A DNA stretch of 64,000 nt. Source: a bacterium. Lineage in GTDB: Bacteria > UBA8248. Position 1 is the first letter of the stretch, and each line of letters begins with the position of its first letter. The position numbers were made by a program, and so were the translations under genes. The notes under the pieces were generated by a model. That model ran no database searches. It saw only the letters and a program-made list of their open reading frames with translations, and was not told where the DNA came from. Of this stretch, positions 1 to 9,154 are shown one piece after another. The stretch lies in assembly GCA_965207065.1 (NCBI GenBank), contig OZ242260.1, positions 2,336,001 to 2,400,000 on the forward strand, given 5' to 3'.

Positions 1-1235
1 GCGCCTCCCGGCCAGGGCTGCGCAATCTCGCGAAGCCGTATCGGGTCCGTTCTGGCGTAGATGGAAGTGGTCAGTATACTCCTGTGCCGCAGGAGCGTGG
101 CGATGGTCTCCAGCGTGGCGCCGTCTTCGAGCAACCGGCAGGCCACCGAATGGCGAAGCAGGTTTACGCCTCCCGATGGAGTATCCTCCAATCCCGCGCG
201 GCGCAGGGCGCTCGCGACGATTGAGCCGACGACGGACGAGGAGGAGAAGGGACGCCAGGGCGGACGCATACAGAGGAACACGTGCGGGTCGTCCAACGGC
301 GGCCGCCCGTCCTTCAGCCAGACGAGGATGGCGTCGCCGACCTCCTGGGGCAGGGGCAGCGTGGCCTCGCGACGCCCCTTGCCCGTGACGCGCAGACGTC
401 CGCGCCGCCAGTCGATCTGCTCGAACGTCAGGCCGCCGGCGTCGCCCGCCCTGAGCCCCAGCCGGGCGACCAGGAGCAGGAAGGCGAGGTCCCGCCGTCC
501 GATCGCCGTGCCCGTGTCGCAGGAGGCGAGGAGCCGCTCCACCTCCGCCGCCTTCAGGCCGCGCGGAACGTTGTCGCGCCGCGGCATGACGACGCACGGC
601 ACGGCTCTTGCCAATATCGCCGGACACCGGTCGAGCGCGGCGTTGTACCCGAGCCAGGAGCGTAGCGCCGTCGCTCTCGACTTCCGGGAGGGCAACTTCC
701 CGGACAGACCCGCGTGGGAGAACGCCGCGCGAAGGTTCGCGGCGTCGTAGCGCGCCGGGTCCGTGCCGACCAGCGGCAGCAGTTGGCTCAGCGCGCACTC
801 GTAGCGCCGCAGGCTCGAGGCGGCCAGCCCCTTGTGCCGCCCAAGCCAGTCGAGCCAGGCCGCGACCTCCGGCGCCCGTTCCGGCGTTCGCACCGCCGGA
901 GCATCGGTCACCCCGCTCCCTGAGAGGAACCGCACGAACCTTCGCACCCCGTAGAGGTACCTCTTGCCGGGCGGACGGCGGCGCGCCCCGGGACAGCGGC
1001 ACTCATGAGCGCCGAAGCGAGCCACATCGCTCTCGACGGCGTCATCCGGACATCTGCCCGTCAAGTGAAGCCAATGGCAAAAATGCCGGGCTGCCTGAAC
1101 GTATCCCTCCACCGTCGAGCAAGTGTGATCGAGTTGGAACAGATGATGCCGGTAGGCGTCGACGTGCCGGGCGTGCGGCCCCATGTCCATCAACCAGCGT
1201 CGTGTGACAGGATCGAATCGTGTCGTATCGGGCAT
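1..1235 (-). CDS. Tyrosine recombinase, RIT (recombinase-in-trio) RitA-like; runs off the window's left edge
   Basis: Not in the ORF track; translated by hand: MPDTTRFDPV...RDLAFLLLVARLGLRAGDA...GKGRREATLPLP...LLRHSVACRLLEDGATLETIATLLRHRSILTTSIYA...IAQPWPGGA. R, K, R-H and Y catalytic motifs present. AGGAGG RBS at 1241-1246 (minus). Confidence 0.85.
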   Translation of the reverse strand, partial: MPDTTRFDPVTRRWLMDMGPHARHVDAYRHHLFQLDHTCSTVEGYVQAARHFCHWLHLTGRCPDDAVESDVARFGAHECRCPGARRRPPGKRYLYGVRRFVRFLSGSGVTDAPAVRTPERAPEVAAWLDWLGRHKGLAASSLRRYECALSQLLPLVGTDPARYDAANLRAAFSHAGLSGKLPSRKSRATALRSWLGYNAALDRCPAILARAVPCVVMPRRDNVPRGLKAAEVERLLASCDTGTAIGRRDLAFLLLVARLGLRAGDAGGLTFEQIDWRRGRLRVTGKGRREATLPLPQEVGDAILVWLKDGRPPLDDPHVFLCMRPPWRPFSSSSVVGSIVASALRRAGLEDTPSGGVNLLRHSVACRLLEDGATLETIATLLRHRSILTTSIYARTDPIRLREIAQPWPGG

Positions 1236-1299
1236 CGTAACCTCCTGTTGTGAATAGGCGCCCGAAGCGCGGGCGCGGACAGGAGAGACGATGCAAAAG

Positions 1300-1413
1300 T
1301 TATGTGGAGTTCGCTACCCGCAAACCACACAAAAACTACGAACTCCAGGATGAACTCCACATAACCATGAACTCCACATAATCCCGGTTATGTAGAGCTC
1401 TACATAACCGGGA
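1300..1413. repeat. Terminal repeat array of the RIT-like element
   Basis: ATGAACTCCACATAA direct repeats at 1350-1364 and 1367-1381; inverted copy TTATGTGGAGTTC at 1300-1312; perfect 32-bp palindrome at 1382-1413. Confidence 0.8.
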
Positions 1414-1840
1414 CGTCGGGCGCACCGTCTGGGCGGCGGCGGATCGTCACGAGGGGCTTGTTGCCGGGCGGGTGGGGCGGATCGGAAACCTCGCTCGTGA
1501 GCGTGGCGCCAGGTGTCTCGAAGCGGAGCAGGACCCGTCCCCGGGACACCTCGACGGCGCCGCCGCCCGCCCGGCCGGGGTCGGTCAGGGTGATGACCGG
1601 CGGCTCGCCCCGCTCGCTGAAGCGGTCGGGGACCGGCCACGCCGCGTCCGGGTCCCGGGGATCGGCGCCTTCCCAGGCGGCGTCCACGAAAACCCTGCGG
1701 CAACGAACGTTCGGCCGCCGGTCCGCATGGGCGTTCTCGACGGCCTTTTCCAGCGCCTCCTCGAGGGTCTCCGCCTCCACGGTGAGCGTATCTGTGAAGC
1801 GGGCCGCGTATCCGCACCGGACGGTCCAGGGCTTTTTCAT
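1400..1840 (-). CDS. Hypothetical ICE protein, probably 3'-truncated by the RIT insertion
   Basis: ATG at 1840 overlaps the upstream stop (ATGA), with GAGG RBS; its TAG stop lies inside the palindrome. Confidence 0.6.
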   Translation of the reverse strand: MKKPWTVRCGYAARFTDTLTVEAETLEEALEKAVENAHADRRPNVRCRRVFVDAAWEGADPRDPDAAWPVPDRFSERGEPPVITLTDPGRAGGGAVEVSRGRVLLRFETPGATLTSEVSDPPHPPGNKPLVTIRRRPDGAPDVPVM

Positions 1841-3546
1841 GGAGATACCTCCTCTTCGGCCAGGTCGATGCCGACGGCGCCGCCTCGCACGGTGATGGTG
1901 ACGGCGCGGTCCCTGGGGATGAGCCAGAACAGTTCGCGCCGCACCGCACAGGCGATCGTGCGCCTGAGCGCCTCCTCTTCCGAGCACAGGAGACCGATGG
2001 CCAGGTGCAGGGCTTCCTCCTCGAAGCGGGCGCGCTGCGTCTCCCAGCTGTCGGCGTCCGCCTCGTCAGATGGTGAAAACCAGGCGTCGCGCAGGACGTC
2101 GGCGAGTTCGGCCGGTTCGATGGCGCTCCCCGCCGTGACCAGCGGCCGGACGTCTGCGAGCCAGGCCCATGCCTCGCCCGCGAAGGCGAGGTCGGCGTCG
2201 AGCGCGATGGTTTCACTCGTACCCTCCGGGCCCTCGACGGCCAGGCTCATGCGGATCGCGTCCGGCCTCGGGAAAGGCTCGTTGGACGGTCCTGACCGCT
2301 CGGGCGGGGCCTGAAAATCCTCGAGGGGACGGGCCTCGCCGCCGAGAGCGACATCGGTACTGACGTCCTTGATGCGTGGGAGGGCGTCGTACCAGGGGTA
2401 TCCCTGGAATCTGCGGTCGGCCTCGAAGAGCCTCGGCGCCGTTCCGCCGCGCTCGGCGGCGCGCCAGAGCGCCTGCGCTTCTGGGGGTTCGAGTTCCGTA
2501 TCCATAACGAGCGCGTCGGCAGGCAGGGGCTCGGGAGACGGTCCCGCGAGCCAGTTGTCGATATCGGCGACGGGCGGCCGCCAGGGGCGGAGCGCAGGCG
2601 ACGGCGCCGGCAGTTCGACCCCGGCCGCACGCGCGCGCTTCCACTCCCCGAATGCGATGACCGGCGCGGTCTCGGCCCTGGCCATCGCCCGGTAGATGGC
2701 GGTACGAGCCGCTTCGCGCATCTCCTCCAGGAAGGGCGTCTCGACCGCTTCCTTGCGCGCGGGCAGGACGAGTTCGAGTCCGGGACAGTCCCGGACATCG
2801 GCGCGTACCGACCAGGCCGGGCCGTCGACGGGATGCACCGTGGGCAGGCGGACCGGCAGGATCAGGCCGTGGAAGTTCAGGTCCGGTTCGTCGCGGTAGC
2901 GGCTTCTGTCCGCGAAGACGCCGAAGGCGAGGCCTCGCCAGGACTCCGCGTGGACGGCGTTTTCGAGGAAGTCCCGGCGCGGGAGGGCCTCGCCGTCAAG
3001 CGCGATCGGGAGGGGGTTGTGCCGGGCCGCGTTCTCGAGCGCGCGCCGGATGACCTCTCGATTCTCTTCCGTACGGAAGCGGACCGCCGTCCCGTGGGGA
3101 CGGGGCGCCTCCTCGTCGGGGACGACTATCGCCTCCGCCTCTCCCAGGAAGTGGGCGGGCGTGAGTTCGACGCGCCAGCCGGCGCCCGGGCACGCCCTCG
3201 ACGCAACCGTGCAGCCGCGGCGCGCGAGGCTCAGGAAACCCATACCGGCCGCGTCCTCGCGCCTCACCAGTTCCTCGCTCCAGCCGTTCTCGCCGAAGGA
3301 GAGGAGCACGGCGGGATCGGCGATCCCGGCCCCGTCATCGGTGATGGTGACGGCCTGTGCGCCGGATATCTCCTCGATAGTGACGCGGAGGCGCGTCGCT
3401 CCCGCCCGGCGGCTGTTCTGGAGCGCCTCGGTGAAGACGTCTGCGAGCCGCGCCGTGTACATCCTCGTGACGCGATGAAGGGCGCCCTCGTGGATACGGG
3501 CGCGGATCCGGTCGGGGTGCGGCGAAGCATTCGGTGTATCGTTCAT
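1837..3546 (-). CDS. GHKL/HATPase_c N-terminal domain ATP-binding protein
   Basis: EALQNSRRA (N box), ITDDGAGI (G1), AAGMGFLSL (G2), HGTAVRF (G3); AGGAG RBS. Confidence 0.8.
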   Translation of the reverse strand: MNDTPNASPHPDRIRARIHEGALHRVTRMYTARLADVFTEALQNSRRAGATRLRVTIEEISGAQAVTITDDGAGIADPAVLLSFGENGWSEELVRREDAAGMGFLSLARRGCTVASRACPGAGWRVELTPAHFLGEAEAIVVPDEEAPRPHGTAVRFRTEENREVIRRALENAARHNPLPIALDGEALPRRDFLENAVHAESWRGLAFGVFADRSRYRDEPDLNFHGLILPVRLPTVHPVDGPAWSVRADVRDCPGLELVLPARKEAVETPFLEEMREAARTAIYRAMARAETAPVIAFGEWKRARAAGVELPAPSPALRPWRPPVADIDNWLAGPSPEPLPADALVMDTELEPPEAQALWRAAERGGTAPRLFEADRRFQGYPWYDALPRIKDVSTDVALGGEARPLEDFQAPPERSGPSNEPFPRPDAIRMSLAVEGPEGTSETIALDADLAFAGEAWAWLADVRPLVTAGSAIEPAELADVLRDAWFSPSDEADADSWETQRARFEEEALHLAIGLLCSEEEALRRTIACAVRRELFWLIPRDRAVTITVRGGAVGIDLAEEEVSP

Positions 3547-3574
3547 GTCCTGGACTCCTTTAGACGTGAAAACG

Positions 3575-3609
3575 AAAAAGCGCCCCGCAGCAAATGCCGC
3601 GGGGCGCCG
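3575..3609 (-). terminator. Intrinsic terminator-like hairpin between the parB-like and ATPase genes
   Basis: Minus strand GCGCCCCGCGGCATTTGCTGCGGGGCGC followed by a T-run. Confidence 0.55.
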
Positions 3610-3628
3610 TTCTGGACGTATTTGCGGG

Positions 3629-5872
3629 TCAGTCCCCGCGCAGGAACTCCGGGATATCGGTCCCTTCGCCGTTCACGGCGTCGAATCCCTGGACGATCAC
3701 CCTCGGACTCCCGTCCGCGGTGGGGACCGCGTTCATCGCGTCGATCGCCCGGGCGAGGTCCCCGCCCGACGGGGCGTCGCCTCCGGCGGTATCGTCTGCG
3801 GCGGGGCCGGATTCCGCGTCGGAGGCCTCTTCATCGACGGCTTCCGGTCCGGTTTCCCCGGCCGGCGGGTCTTCCTCCACGGCCTCCTCCACCCGGCCTG
3901 AGTCGAAGGGCGCGAAGCCGGGCGGCGTCCAGGCGAGTGCGGCGGCGTGCGCCCTTTCTTTCAGTCCTTCGGGCGGGTCGGCGGCGAAGGCTTCTTCCAT
4001 CGCGCAGGCCAGGTCAGCCTTCTTGTACTTCGAGCGGGCGGAGGCCCAGACGGAACCCAGCGTCGCGCGCGCGATGGCGAGGATGCGGGCCTTCGTGATG
4101 CGCGACCAGAACATTGCGGCGGAAGGCCGCACGTGTTTCGCAAAATCGATATCGAGCCTGGCGACCGTGGCCTCGAATTCGGGCCGGGCATCGGGCTCGA
4201 AGGCAAGCTGGCCCTTGAGCGCCCGTGCGACCGCCGCCGCGAACAGGGCCTGTTTCTCTACGAGGGGGAGCGCCCGCATCTTCGCGAAGGACTCGCCCTC
4301 GTCTTCGACTTCCATCCAGTCGAGGGAGAGACCCGAACGGTCTTCGAGCATGGCTTCGCCTGAGCTCCAGGCGGAAAAATCCTCGTCGTTTGCCCGCGAC
4401 GGCGGCCTGTCGGCGGTCACCCTGAAGGCGATGTCGAGGGCGCCCGCCATGTGGTCATCGGCGAAGGCGGCACGGGCGAACTGGAAGAGCGTCAGGTCGA
4501 AGGCCGCCTCGAAGTCCCCCGACAAGTGCGCCTTGACGAGCGTCGTTCGGACGGCGCGCAAATCATCGGCGAGTCCGACCCCGATCCCGGTCTCCTTGCG
4601 CGCCTGAACGCGCGGGTCGGGGGGCGCCGCGAGCGGCGCGTCCACGCGGCCCGGATCGGCGCCGTTTGCCTCGCCCGCGTCCGTGCGCTCGGGCATGTTC
4701 TCAGGCTTGACCAGGCCCTCGATTAGCTTAAGTTCGCCGTCGTAGCCGACCGTGGCGATGCAACCCGCCAACTTGTAGTCACCCGGGAGGAACGCGGCCC
4801 GCGCGCTAACGGCCTCATCGATCGCACGGAGGCGCGACTCGATCCCTTTGGCCTCACAGGCGTGTTCCTCGGTCCACTCGTCGTCATCCAGATCTACGAG
4901 CTCGTCTTGGCGGATGCGCAGGCTCTCCCGTTCGCTCTTCTCCTCATCGGTGGGAGCGCCCGGCTCGGGGCTTATCCGCCCGAACGTCGAGACTGCGCTC
5001 CAGTCGGCCTCGAGCACCGCCTCGGCCCACTTCCAGCGCTTCTCGAGTTCTTCCGCCGCTTCCCGGAGCTTCCCTATAGCGAGTTCGTTCAGGAGCACGG
5101 GGTCGTCGAACCATATTCCCCGGGTGTCCTCTTCCGCGAACAGGTCACGCGTGAGCGTCCCGCCCGCCGCCTCGTAGGCTTCTTCGCCCACGAACTGCGC
5201 CACGGCCGCGACGGCGGACACGCTCTCCTCCGTCAGCTTACCCCTCACCTGCCAGCCGCTCGGGCGGTAGCCCTGGGTTTTCACTTGCTCCCAGACCGCC
5301 CTCTGGCGGGCGTGGTCGGTCGTGACCGTGAAGGCTTTCAGGGTGTCCAGGTCCATCTCCCCCGCCCGGTAGGCGTCGAGCAGCTCGGGCGCGGCGCCGC
5401 CGAGACTCAGGCGCTGTTCGACCAGGCGCTCCGTCAAGCCGAAACGCGCCGCGATCGCGGATACGGAGACCCCCGCTTCGGCGAGACCGGTGAACGCGAC
5501 GACCTGGTCGGCGGGGTGCATGGCGACACGCACCACGTTCTCGGCGAGCGATAGTTCTCCTGCGTTCTCATCAGCCCCGGTCACCCGGCAGGGCACGGGG
5601 TGGTCCACGTCCAGCACTCCTTCTTCTGCGAGCGCTTTCATGGCTGCCAGGCGGCGTCCGCCGGCGACCACGGCGTAGTGCTCTATACCGTTTCCGCCGG
5701 GGTGTTCTACCCTGACGATCAGGTTCTCCAGCAGGTCGTGGGCCGCGATGGAGGCCTTGAGCTCCGCGAAGGCTGCCGGGTCCGCCGGCGTCTTGCGGAC
5801 GTTCTCCGGCGCGAGCTCCAGCCGGCTCAGCGGAATGGAACGGATGGTTGGCTCGGGATGGGTCATGCGCAT
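3629..5872 (-). CDS. Large ParB/Srx N-terminal domain protein of ICE/plasmid leading regions
   Basis: IPLSRLELAPENVRK, LLENLIV, VVAGGRRLAA, SLAENVVR, followed by an HTH; AGGAGGAG RBS. Confidence 0.85.
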   Translation of the reverse strand: MRMTHPEPTIRSIPLSRLELAPENVRKTPADPAAFAELKASIAAHDLLENLIVRVEHPGGNGIEHYAVVAGGRRLAAMKALAEEGVLDVDHPVPCRVTGADENAGELSLAENVVRVAMHPADQVVAFTGLAEAGVSVSAIAARFGLTERLVEQRLSLGGAAPELLDAYRAGEMDLDTLKAFTVTTDHARQRAVWEQVKTQGYRPSGWQVRGKLTEESVSAVAAVAQFVGEEAYEAAGGTLTRDLFAEEDTRGIWFDDPVLLNELAIGKLREAAEELEKRWKWAEAVLEADWSAVSTFGRISPEPGAPTDEEKSERESLRIRQDELVDLDDDEWTEEHACEAKGIESRLRAIDEAVSARAAFLPGDYKLAGCIATVGYDGELKLIEGLVKPENMPERTDAGEANGADPGRVDAPLAAPPDPRVQARKETGIGVGLADDLRAVRTTLVKAHLSGDFEAAFDLTLFQFARAAFADDHMAGALDIAFRVTADRPPSRANDEDFSAWSSGEAMLEDRSGLSLDWMEVEDEGESFAKMRALPLVEKQALFAAAVARALKGQLAFEPDARPEFEATVARLDIDFAKHVRPSAAMFWSRITKARILAIARATLGSVWASARSKYKKADLACAMEEAFAADPPEGLKERAHAAALAWTPPGFAPFDSGRVEEAVEEDPPAGETGPEAVDEEASDAESGPAADDTAGGDAPSGGDLARAIDAMNAVPTADGSPRVIVQGFDAVNGEGTDIPEFLRGD

Positions 5873-6263
5873 CTCCTCCTGTGGATGGGATGGGAACGTG
5901 CCGGGAACCCTCTCCGGTCTCCGGCTTCACCCTCGCCCCGCCCGGCTCGGCCTCCCGGCGGTGAGAGGCGAGTTGCAGGAGATATGAGCGATTCCTGGGG
6001 CGCCTGCGTTCAGCGTCGATTGAACCACGCAACGGAGGCTACGGGCCGGTTTTACAGGTGGTTCGGAGAGAGTGCGGGTTGGTGGAATCCCGACCGGAGG
6101 GTGCGCAGCTTTCGATGACCGGTGGCTCCCGGGTCAAGTCTTCACCCCGATTCCACTCTTCTGGCCGTCATCGGCGAAATCCGTTTTTCCCGTGATACCG
6201 CGCGGCGCACCCGTGAATTTCAGGTGATCAGGTTTCCCGGCATGGACCTGTATTGCGGTTCGT

Positions 6264-6290
6264 TTATTTTCGTATTATATTCGTATTCAT
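6264..6290 (-). repeat. Left copy of a 27-bp inverted repeat pair bracketing the tra region
   Basis: Reverse complement ATGAATACGAATATAATACGAAAATAA matches 29380-29406 at 25/27 positions. Confidence 0.75.
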
Positions 6291-6512
6291 GGATATCTTT
6301 CTTTCCGAGTTCAAGCGACAGCTTCTCCCCCGTACGGAGTCGCGGGGCTCCGCCTCACTCCCGTACATGCCGTTGCTGTGGAGGAAAATCACTTTTTTTG
6401 CCATATCCCTGCGCAGCCGTTCGCAATTGAGAGCGGGGTTGGCAAAAAATCGCAGGAAACTAGATATATTTAGTTATTTATAAGATAATATATATTCATA
6501 TATATTTATCGC

Positions 6513-7250
6513 ATGAAGACGTTCACTCATCACACACAGATTCCCCTGGACGACAAATTGAACCGCTGCGTTGCCGCGTGGTGCGCGCGCCACGGCGTGA
6601 GCACGAGATATCTCGGGAGGGCCGCGCTCGGAGATCCGGATTTCGTTGACGAACTGCGCCGGGGACGCTCCGTGGGGATGAAGACGGCGGACAGGGTGCT
6701 CGCCTTCATGGGGGTTCCGCCGCTGGGACCGGCCTTCAGGAGCGAGGTCGAGGCGTTTATGGCCTTGACGGGGACCAAGCCGCGGGTGCTTGGCGAGGAG
6801 GCCACGGGCAGTCCTTCCTTCGTGTGGAAACTGCGCCGCGGGTATTCGCCGCGGCTTGCGACGATTGAGCGGGTGCGCACTTGGATGGCTTCGCACGTGA
6901 GCGAAGAGGATCTGAGGGTTATCCGCGCCCGGGTGACGGATACAGCCGGTATGAAACCTTTCCAGCGGGCGGCGTCCCGCCCGCAGACTACAGGGGTCCC
7001 GACTGGCGGGACCGAGACAGAAGGGGAGATATGCATGAAAGGGAATGACAAGCATTACCTGAGCACGCGGGAAGCGGCGGAGTGGCTGGGCCTCTCGCCG
7101 AGGACGCTGGACCGCTACCGCGTGAGCGGGGCGGGGCCTGCGTTTCATCGTTTCGGTTCGCGGGTGCGCTACCTCCTCGCGGACCTGGAGGCGTGGGCCG
7201 CTGCGCGGAGGCGGACCTCCACCTCGGACGACGGAAGGAGGGTTGCGTGA
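6513..7250 (+). CDS. Two tandem Cro-like HTH domains plus a C-terminal AlpA/excisionase-type HTH (possible internal start at 7035)
   Basis: Repeats LGRAALGDPDFVDELRRGRS and LGEEATGSPSFVWKLRRGYS; C-terminal YLSTREAAEWLGLSPRTLDRYRVSGAGPAF...RVRY. Confidence 0.75.
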   Translation: MKTFTHHTQIPLDDKLNRCVAAWCARHGVSTRYLGRAALGDPDFVDELRRGRSVGMKTADRVLAFMGVPPLGPAFRSEVEAFMALTGTKPRVLGEEATGSPSFVWKLRRGYSPRLATIERVRTWMASHVSEEDLRVIRARVTDTAGMKPFQRAASRPQTTGVPTGGTETEGEICMKGNDKHYLSTREAAEWLGLSPRTLDRYRVSGAGPAFHRFGSRVRYLLADLEAWAAARRRTSTSDDGRRVA

Positions 7251-7546
7251 TGAGAACGTATTTCAGGGGAAAGCATCTGCTCGCGGCGCTCGTCTGGACG
7301 CTGTGTGAAGTGGAGGCTGTCTTCGCGACGACGGACACGACGTTCGCGGGTCCGCTCGGCACGGTGACGGACATCGTCTCGGGCACGGGCGGACAGCTGG
7401 CTGCCGCGCTCGCGGTGGGCGCCGCCCTGGTGGGTTCGGTGCTTCGCTTCAACGCGGGGCAGATCGCGGGCGCGGTGGGGGTGGGCATTGCGGCGGGCGC
7501 GGGCACGGGCGTCGTGACCGGCCTCGTGGGCACGGCGATCGTATGA
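7250..7546 (+). CDS. traA: Conjugative pilin
   Basis: Small hydrophobic protein with a leader and two TM segments, directly upstream of traL. Confidence 0.7.
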   Translation: MRTYFRGKHLLAALVWTLCEVEAVFATTDTTFAGPLGTVTDIVSGTGGQLAAALAVGAALVGSVLRFNAGQIAGAVGVGIAAGAGTGVVTGLVGTAIV

Positions 7547-7552
7547 GGAGGG

Positions 7553-7849
7553 GTGATGAACGATCAGGCGAAACACGCGATTCCCGCACGTCTGGACGAT
7601 CCCGAGAGGTGGCTGTTCTGGACGCTCGACGAGGCGGCGGCGCTCCTGGCGCCCGCGGTGCTGGGTCTGGCGGCGAACGCCTTCGTTACGGGTTTGATCG
7701 CGGGACTCGGCGGCTGGGCGCTTCTTCGCCGCGCGAAGCGGGGCGGCGGGGCGGATACGGCGCTGTGCGCCCTTTACTGGTTCCTGCCCGGCTTTGCGCT
7801 CGGGCTCAAGGCCGCGCCGCCGAGCCACCTGCGCCGCTTCACCGGATGA
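7553..7849 (+). CDS. traL: F-type T4SS TraL
   Basis: IPARLDDPERWLFWTLDE...LYWFLP...PPSHLRRFTG. Confidence 0.9.
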   Translation: MMNDQAKHAIPARLDDPERWLFWTLDEAAALLAPAVLGLAANAFVTGLIAGLGGWALLRRAKRGGGADTALCALYWFLPGFALGLKAAPPSHLRRFTG

Positions 7850-7859
7850 GGAGGTTTTC

Positions 7860-8417
7860 ATGAAACGCGACCTGCTGGAAGCAGAGCGACGTCGCGTCAG
7901 GGACGGCCGCGCCGCGCTGGCCGTGCTTCTCGGCCTCTCGCTCCTGGCCAACCTGGCGCTCGGCATCGGCCTCGCCTCGGTCGAGCGGACGACGGTGCTC
8001 GTGCCCGCCGTGGCGGGGCCGGCGTGGGAGGTAGGCGGCGGACGGGCGGGCGCGCGGTATCTCGAAGATGTGGGCCGCACCGTCGCCGTGACGCTCCTGA
8101 CCCTCACGCCCGAGAACGCAGGCCTCGTCCGTGAAACCGTGGCGCGGATGAGCCACCCTTCCGCGCGCGGCGCGATAGGCGCATGGGTGGCGGCGGAAGC
8201 GGGACGTATGAAGGGACGCGACCTATCGACGGCGTTCTACCCCGGAAGGGTCGAGGCGGACCCTGCGGGACTGACCGTCCTCGTGAGCGGGGAGCTCGCG
8301 ACCTGGATGGGAAGGGAACGCATATCGCGAGAGCGAAAGCGCTACCGGCTCTCCTTCCGCGTGGACGCGGGACGGATCGGCCTGCTCCGTTTCGAAGAGA
8401 TGGAGGATACGAAGTGA
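7860..8417 (+). CDS. traE: F-type T4SS TraE
   Basis: N-terminal TM, TVLVP, YLED...LLTLTPEN, STAFYP; operon position. Confidence 0.85.
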   Translation: MKRDLLEAERRRVRDGRAALAVLLGLSLLANLALGIGLASVERTTVLVPAVAGPAWEVGGGRAGARYLEDVGRTVAVTLLTLTPENAGLVRETVARMSHPSARGAIGAWVAAEAGRMKGRDLSTAFYPGRVEADPAGLTVLVSGELATWMGRERISRERKRYRLSFRVDAGRIGLLRFEEMEDTK

Positions 8418-9154
8418 AACGAACATCAATCATACGAATGACCCTGCCCGTACTGCTTATGCTCGCGGCATACCTTTTTGGACCGCTCCCGGCATCCGCG
8501 ATGCAGATACTCGAAGCCGCGGACCATGCCGAGCTCGAAGCGGTGGTTTCTGACCGAGCGGTGAGCCGGATCACGCTGGCGGGTGACCGGGTCGCGCGCG
8601 TGGTGCGTGGAGCGGAAGGCTTCGCGGTGGAGCACGACAAGGCGCGCGGGGACCTCTATCTCAGGCCTCTTAAGCGCGCAAGCGCAGACCCCGGGCAAGT
8701 GACGCTCTTCATCGGGACGGCGAAGGGTTTCACCTACAAACTCTCGCTCAGGACGGCCGCGCGGGATTCAGCGCAGATACTGATCCGAAACGCCGCCGCG
8801 ACCCCGCTGACGGAAGGCCCGGTAGTGGGAGATGGCCGCGTGGGCGCGCTCGTGGCGCTCGTGCGCGCCGTGGCGCGGCGCGAGGTTCCGCCCGGCTACG
8901 TGGTCGAGACGCCGCATGAATCACTGCGGCGGGACGGGCTTGCGCTGCTGGCAATCTGGCGCGGGCGGCGCTTCACGGCGCGCGTATACGAGGCGGATCC
9001 GAGTCCGGGGGATGACCCCGTAACCCTCGTGCAAGGCATGGCGCCCGGCGTCGCCGCCCTGTGGCGGGCTTCGCACGAAAGCGGCCCTTCGGGCGGACGG
9101 CTCGTCGTGGCGGTCCATGAAACCTACACGACGGAGGCGCGCGATGAGCGATAA
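8414..9154 (+). CDS. traK: F-type T4SS TraK secretin-like protein
   Basis: Signal peptide, SRITLAGDRV, GDLYLRP, TLFIGTAKGFTYKL; located between traE and traB. Confidence 0.8.
   Translation: MKRTSIIRMTLPVLLMLAAYLFGPLPASAMQILEAADHAELEAVVSDRAVSRITLAGDRVARVVRGAEGFAVEHDKARGDLYLRPLKRASADPGQVTLFIGTAKGFTYKLSLRTAARDSAQILIRNAAATPLTEGPVVGDGRVGALVALVRAVARREVPPGYVVETPHESLRRDGLALLAIWRGRRFTARVYEADPSPGDDPVTLVQGMAPGVAALWRASHESGPSGGRLVVAVHETYTTEARDER

Noticed and set aside
61-1207. Plus-strand ORFs of 229 and 199 aa
   Set aside because: Antisense shadows of the minus-strand recombinase, which has the motifs and RBS.
1372-1397. Chromosomal dif site
   Set aside because: The core is dif-like, but the outer arms do not match XerC/XerD consensus and it lies at a RIT end inside an ICE.
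1300-1413. Short repeats as a possible CRISPR array
   Set aside because: Units are 13-15 bp in mixed orientation with no unique spacers and no cas genes; they fit recombinase binding sites better.
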